DNA of 29,166 nucleotides from a virus. Lineage: Duplodnaviria > Caudoviricetes. This document shows, one piece after another, positions 25,904 to 29,166 of the stretch. Position 1 is the stretch's first letter; each line of letters begins with the position of its first letter. The notes under the pieces are model-generated. The model was given only the letters and a program-made list of their open reading frames with translations. It was not told the origin of the DNA and searched no databases. The translations under genes and the position numbers were made by a program. Where the stretch lies: positions 1-29,166 of the IMG/VR virus record IMGVR_UViG_3300020227_000120. One strand, given 5' to 3'.

Positions 25904-26708
25904 ATGAAGAAAGTATTATTTTTATTATTAGTCAGTTTCTTAGTTTTGGGAGCATGTGGGCAGGAAGAAAGCAAATCAGAGGATAAGAAAGATACTAATC
26001 CATCGTCAAAAAATGATAAGAAGAAAGAAGAAAGAAGAAAACAATCAATCTAATGACGATAAAAAAGAGGAATTAAATAAAGAAGATACTGATAACAACA
26101 GTGAATCAAATTCTGATTCATCGAATGAATTCAAAAAAGATAATAATATTAGTAGAGAATATAAAAATGCGTTAAACAGCGCTAAAAACTATCAACGTGC
26201 TATGCCTATGTCAAAAGCTGGATTATACGAACAACTAACATCTAGTGCTGGTGATCAATATCCAGAAGAAGCAGCACAATATGCAATTGATAACTTAGAC
26301 GCTGATTATAAAGAAAATGCATTAAAAAGCGCTAAAAATTATCAAGATATTATGCCTATGTCTAACAGTCAATTATTTAAACAATTGACTTCTGATGCCG
26401 GTGAAAAATACACTCAAGAAGAAGCTAAATATGCTATCGATAATATAGAAAACAATCAATCTAACCAAGATGCTGATTATGAAGACGATACTGACACAGT
26501 TATAAGAGATAACGTAATGGATTTCGTAGAAACATACGAAGGTGAAACGTTAGACACTGGTACCTACACATATAAAGAACCAGAACAAAGAGAAAATGGA
26601 GATTGGGGATTTGCTTTTTATACTAAAGATGGTGACCTTGCTGGTTCATATATTGTAGATGATGATGGAAATGTTACTAAATATGATGAAAATGGCGTAG
26701 AAGAATAA
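25904..26708 (+). pseudogene. Ltp-family lipoprotein (superinfection-exclusion-like), frameshifted at (AAGAAGA)3
   Basis: The signal peptide and lipobox MKKVLFLLLVSFLVLGAC start at 25904 and stop at 26051-26053. Two Ltp repeats (EYKNALNSAKNY...MSKAGLYEQLTS...AAQYAIDNL) lie in another frame. Removing one 7-mer gives a 265-aa ORF. Confidence 0.88.
26018..26038 (+). repeat. 7-bp tandem repeat AAGAAGA x3
   Basis: Read directly from the sequence. Confidence 0.9.
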
Positions 26709-26714
26709 CTCAAT

Positions 26715-26746
26715 GGGCAGTCCTTACTGCCCTATATATTTTTATC
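26715..26746 (+). terminator. Terminator-like hairpin; left copy of the 19-bp direct repeat
   Basis: GGGCAGT-CCTT-ACTGCCC followed by TATATATTTTT. Confidence 0.7.
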
Positions 26747-26824
26747 AAAAATCGCCTAACAGAGTTAGACGTTGAAAGGTTCCGTTATAGTAAAGAAAAA
26801 AGGAGATTAAGGAGGAATAGAGAA

Positions 26825-27274
26825 TTGGAGCAAGAAATATATGAAAAATTATTAAATAAAATCAAAGTTTTTGAAAAGCAGTCCATTAATATACCTAGTT
26901 TAGGAGAACAAACTAAACATGGTTTAATTCATATAATAGATGATACAGAAAAATTCACATTAATTATTAATAAGAAGGGACATAGAAACCCAGACAATTT
27001 AACGATACTGCTCAATAGCGTTAGTCAAAAAGGTATCATGATAAGATTTGATGTGAATGGTTCTGATCATTCTAATCCTCCAAACTATGAAAGGGTACCA
27101 ACTCCTCATTTACATATCTTTACAAATGAATATTGCAACGGAGGTATAGCTGTACCATTATCTGAACTAAACGATGTTGAATTAACCGATGAACTTATCG
27201 ACTCATTAGAATTTTTTATGAATTATACTAATATAAAGCGTGAAAATGTTATAATAAAACCGAAATTACTATAA
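26825..27274 (+). CDS. DUF6978-like protein
   Basis: TTG start with an AAGGAGG RBS; RFDVNG..HSNP...PHLHIF motif. Confidence 0.7.
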   Translation: MEQEIYEKLLNKIKVFEKQSINIPSLGEQTKHGLIHIIDDTEKFTLIINKKGHRNPDNLTILLNSVSQKGIMIRFDVNGSDHSNPPNYERVPTPHLHIFTNEYCNGGIAVPLSELNDVELTDELIDSLEFFMNYTNIKRENVIIKPKLL

Positions 27275-27294
27275 ATGAAGAGGAGTGATATTCT

Positions 27295-28071
27295 ATGGAG
27301 ATCATCGAACAAAAAATGGACGAGTACTTTAAGTGGATTAAGCAAAATTACAAATATAAACAGTTAGATGGTTCTACTGAAATTACCACTCCCTTCAGAA
27401 ATCACTTAAATGATTTTATAAGAATATATCTTGATATATTACCTAATGGTAATATTCGCTTATCTGATGATGGTTTGACAATGAGCGAATTAGAAATGTA
27501 TGGCATTGACGTTGAAACAAAAACAAGGAATAAATTAGTAAACTCAATTTTAAATCAGTTTAACTTATCATTAGAAAATGACGAAATCATAGCAGATGTA
27601 AAAAATGATAGTTTTGCTCAGTCAAAACATAATTTAATACAAGGGATTTTAAAAGTCTACGACTTAACTTTAACTGCTAAATCTAATGTATCTAATATTT
27701 TTTACGAAGAAGTATATGATTTTCTATTTGATGAAGAAATAACAGGAACAGCAAAAGTAGCTGTTTCTGGAGAATCAGGAATTAAATATACTATAGATTT
27801 TATTTTGCCAGGAACAAAAACAAAACCAGAAATCCTTCTTAATTTCGCTAATAATTTAGATTTCAATAAAATAACTTCTGATGCCTTTGCATATAGAGAT
27901 GTTAAACACAATAGACCGAGTAGAAATAATCTTGATTCTAAAATGGTTATAATTGCAAACGATGTTGATAATTCTATATCTAATAGAGTTAAACAAGCAG
28001 CAGATTATGAAGGAGTTTCAATATTAAATTGGTCAAACAAAAAAGGGATTTTAAAAACGCTACAGAAATAA
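27295..28071 (+). CDS. DUF1828/DUF1829 protein (possible PD-(D/E)XK-like C-terminal domain)
   Basis: EITTPF...D.IRIY...LSDDGLT N-terminal domain; GESGIKYTIDFIL C-terminal domain. Confidence 0.8.
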   Translation: MEIIEQKMDEYFKWIKQNYKYKQLDGSTEITTPFRNHLNDFIRIYLDILPNGNIRLSDDGLTMSELEMYGIDVETKTRNKLVNSILNQFNLSLENDEIIADVKNDSFAQSKHNLIQGILKVYDLTLTAKSNVSNIFYEEVYDFLFDEEITGTAKVAVSGESGIKYTIDFILPGTKTKPEILLNFANNLDFNKITSDAFAYRDVKHNRPSRNNLDSKMVIIANDVDNSISNRVKQAADYEGVSILNWSNKKGILKTLQK

Positions 28072-28075
28072 TTTT

Positions 28076-28109
28076 TAGGGCATTTAACTATGCCCTATAT
28101 ATTTTTATC
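28076..28109 (+). terminator. Terminator-like hairpin; right copy of the 19-bp direct repeat
   Basis: TAGGGCAT-TTAACT-ATGCCCTA followed by TATATTTTT. Confidence 0.7.
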
Positions 28110-28128
28110 TTTTTTTAGGAGGGATAGT

Positions 28129-29166
28129 ATGCAGACTCGTTGTTATGATAAAAAAAAATGGCAATACGAATTTAAACACGAAGGTAAACGTTATCGTAAA
28201 AAAGGATTTAGAACAAAGCGCGAAGCAAACTCTGCAGGGTTAGATAAATTGAACGAGTTAAAAAATGGCCTTGATTACGATAATAATTTAACTTTACAAG
28301 ATTATTTTAAAAATTGGATTGAAACTTATAAAGAATCAGTAGTTGCTACATCAACTTATCGACATTATTATTTTACGTTACAACACATCCAAAATCATAA
28401 AATTGGGAATATTGAATTGTCTAAATTAAACAGACAAATATACCAGAAATTCATTAATGATTTTTCAGAAAATCATGCAAAAGAAACAATACGCAAAACT
28501 AATGGAGCTATCCGTTCAGCTTTAGAAGATGCTGTATATGATGGCTTAATAAATAAAAATCCTACCTATAAAGTTAGTTATAAAGCTGGTAATACAACCA
28601 AGAGTGAAAAAGAAAAATATATATCTTTAACAGAATATGAAAGTTTAAAAGAATATATAAAACAAAAGCGTACTCGTTCAGCATTAGCCTTGTATATTAT
28701 GATTTGCACGGGTTGTCGTGTTAGTGGCGTAAGACACTTGAAGATAGATTATATAGATCAACTTAAAAACCAATTGTTTATCAATGAACATAAAACTGAC
28801 TCATCGCCTCGCCATGTAGAAATAGCAAAATCTGATATGAAACATATAACGAGCATAATTAATGAACTGGCAATTAGCTATGATGGATATATATTTAAAG
28901 ATACTGGTTATTTTATTTCAGTAAATGCCATAAACAAGACATTAAAAAAAGCATGTGACAAATTAGCTATTCCTAGCATAACTTCACATGCAATCCGACA
29001 TACGCACTGCTCTTATCTCCTTGCTAAAGGTGTATCTATATATTATATCTCTAAAAGATTAGGACATAAAAACATATCCATAACTACTTCTATTTATTCT
29101 CATTTACTAGAAGAAAAATTCAAAGAAGAAAATGACAAAGCTATTGATATTTTAGATAGTATGTAG
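28129..29166 (+). CDS. int: Tyrosine integrase, Sa3int/phi13-like
   Basis: 345 aa from ATG 28129 (AGGAGG RBS). Catalytic TGCR, HAIRHTH and LGH...Y motifs. The N-terminus TRCYDKKKWQYEFKHEGKRYRKKGFRTKREAN resembles Sa3int as I recall it. Confidence 0.96.
   Translation: MQTRCYDKKKWQYEFKHEGKRYRKKGFRTKREANSAGLDKLNELKNGLDYDNNLTLQDYFKNWIETYKESVVATSTYRHYYFTLQHIQNHKIGNIELSKLNRQIYQKFINDFSENHAKETIRKTNGAIRSALEDAVYDGLINKNPTYKVSYKAGNTTKSEKEKYISLTEYESLKEYIKQKRTRSALALYIMICTGCRVSGVRHLKIDYIDQLKNQLFINEHKTDSSPRHVEIAKSDMKHITSIINELAISYDGYIFKDTGYFISVNAINKTLKKACDKLAIPSITSHAIRHTHCSYLLAKGVSIYYISKRLGHKNISITTSIYSHLLEEKFKEENDKAIDILDSM

Larger units (their letters stand above)
1..29166. mobile_element. Temperate staphylococcal siphovirus prophage (partial)
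   Basis: Canonical module order from lysogeny through replication, packaging and head to tail across the whole window. Confidence 0.98.

Noticed and set aside
25956-26708. 250-aa ORF as called, starting MGRKKANQR
   Set aside because: The N-terminus is an out-of-frame reading of the lipoprotein 5' region. The true start is 25904.
6197-27911. Other short overlapping ORFs (6197, 7637, 8012, 9669, 14543, 15716, 17004, 18783, 20260, 21150, 21673, 23173, 23354, 24370, 27702)
   Set aside because: Each lies on or opposite a well-supported gene, with no recognisable motif.

Overview
Roughly the left two-thirds of a temperate staphylococcal siphovirus prophage (low-GC Firmicute; Staphylococcus-type gene families; the host is probably a non-aureus species, which is an inference). 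Most genes are on the - strand. From right to left: Sa3int/phi13-like tyrosine integrase; a lysogeny-region accessory block (Ltp lipoprotein frameshifted by a 7-bp repeat, and a DUF6978 + DUF1828/1829 cassette flanked by 19-bp direct repeats); the cI/cro switch with operators; antirepressor; Erf/SSB/HNH; replication initiator with iterons; DnaC-like loader; Sri; RusA; RinB; RinA; P-loop-HNH fusion; cos-type terminase; portal; ClpP-type protease; HK97 capsid; neck genes; major tail protein; an Ig-like decoration protein; tail chaperones; and the first 1863 codons of the tape measure protein. The att sites, baseplate and lysis genes are outside the window. Top observation: the capsid and major tail genes both end in ACA-CCC-TAA. 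A +1 shift there appends homologous 21-aa peptides resembling FN3 strands A-B. The neighbouring Ig-like protein begins with the rest of an FN3 domain (strands C-G) and ends with a third copy of the same 21-aa motif. This suggests a split-FN3, strand-complementation system for docking and possibly polymerising a decoration protein on both head and tail. Other candidates: a -1 frameshift/hairpin at the ssb-HNH junction, phase-variable Ltp, an antisense sRNA against a small membrane protein, a structured RNA after the antirepressor, and a deletion scar with a MazG-like remnant. All family assignments come from motif recognition and memory, not from database searches.
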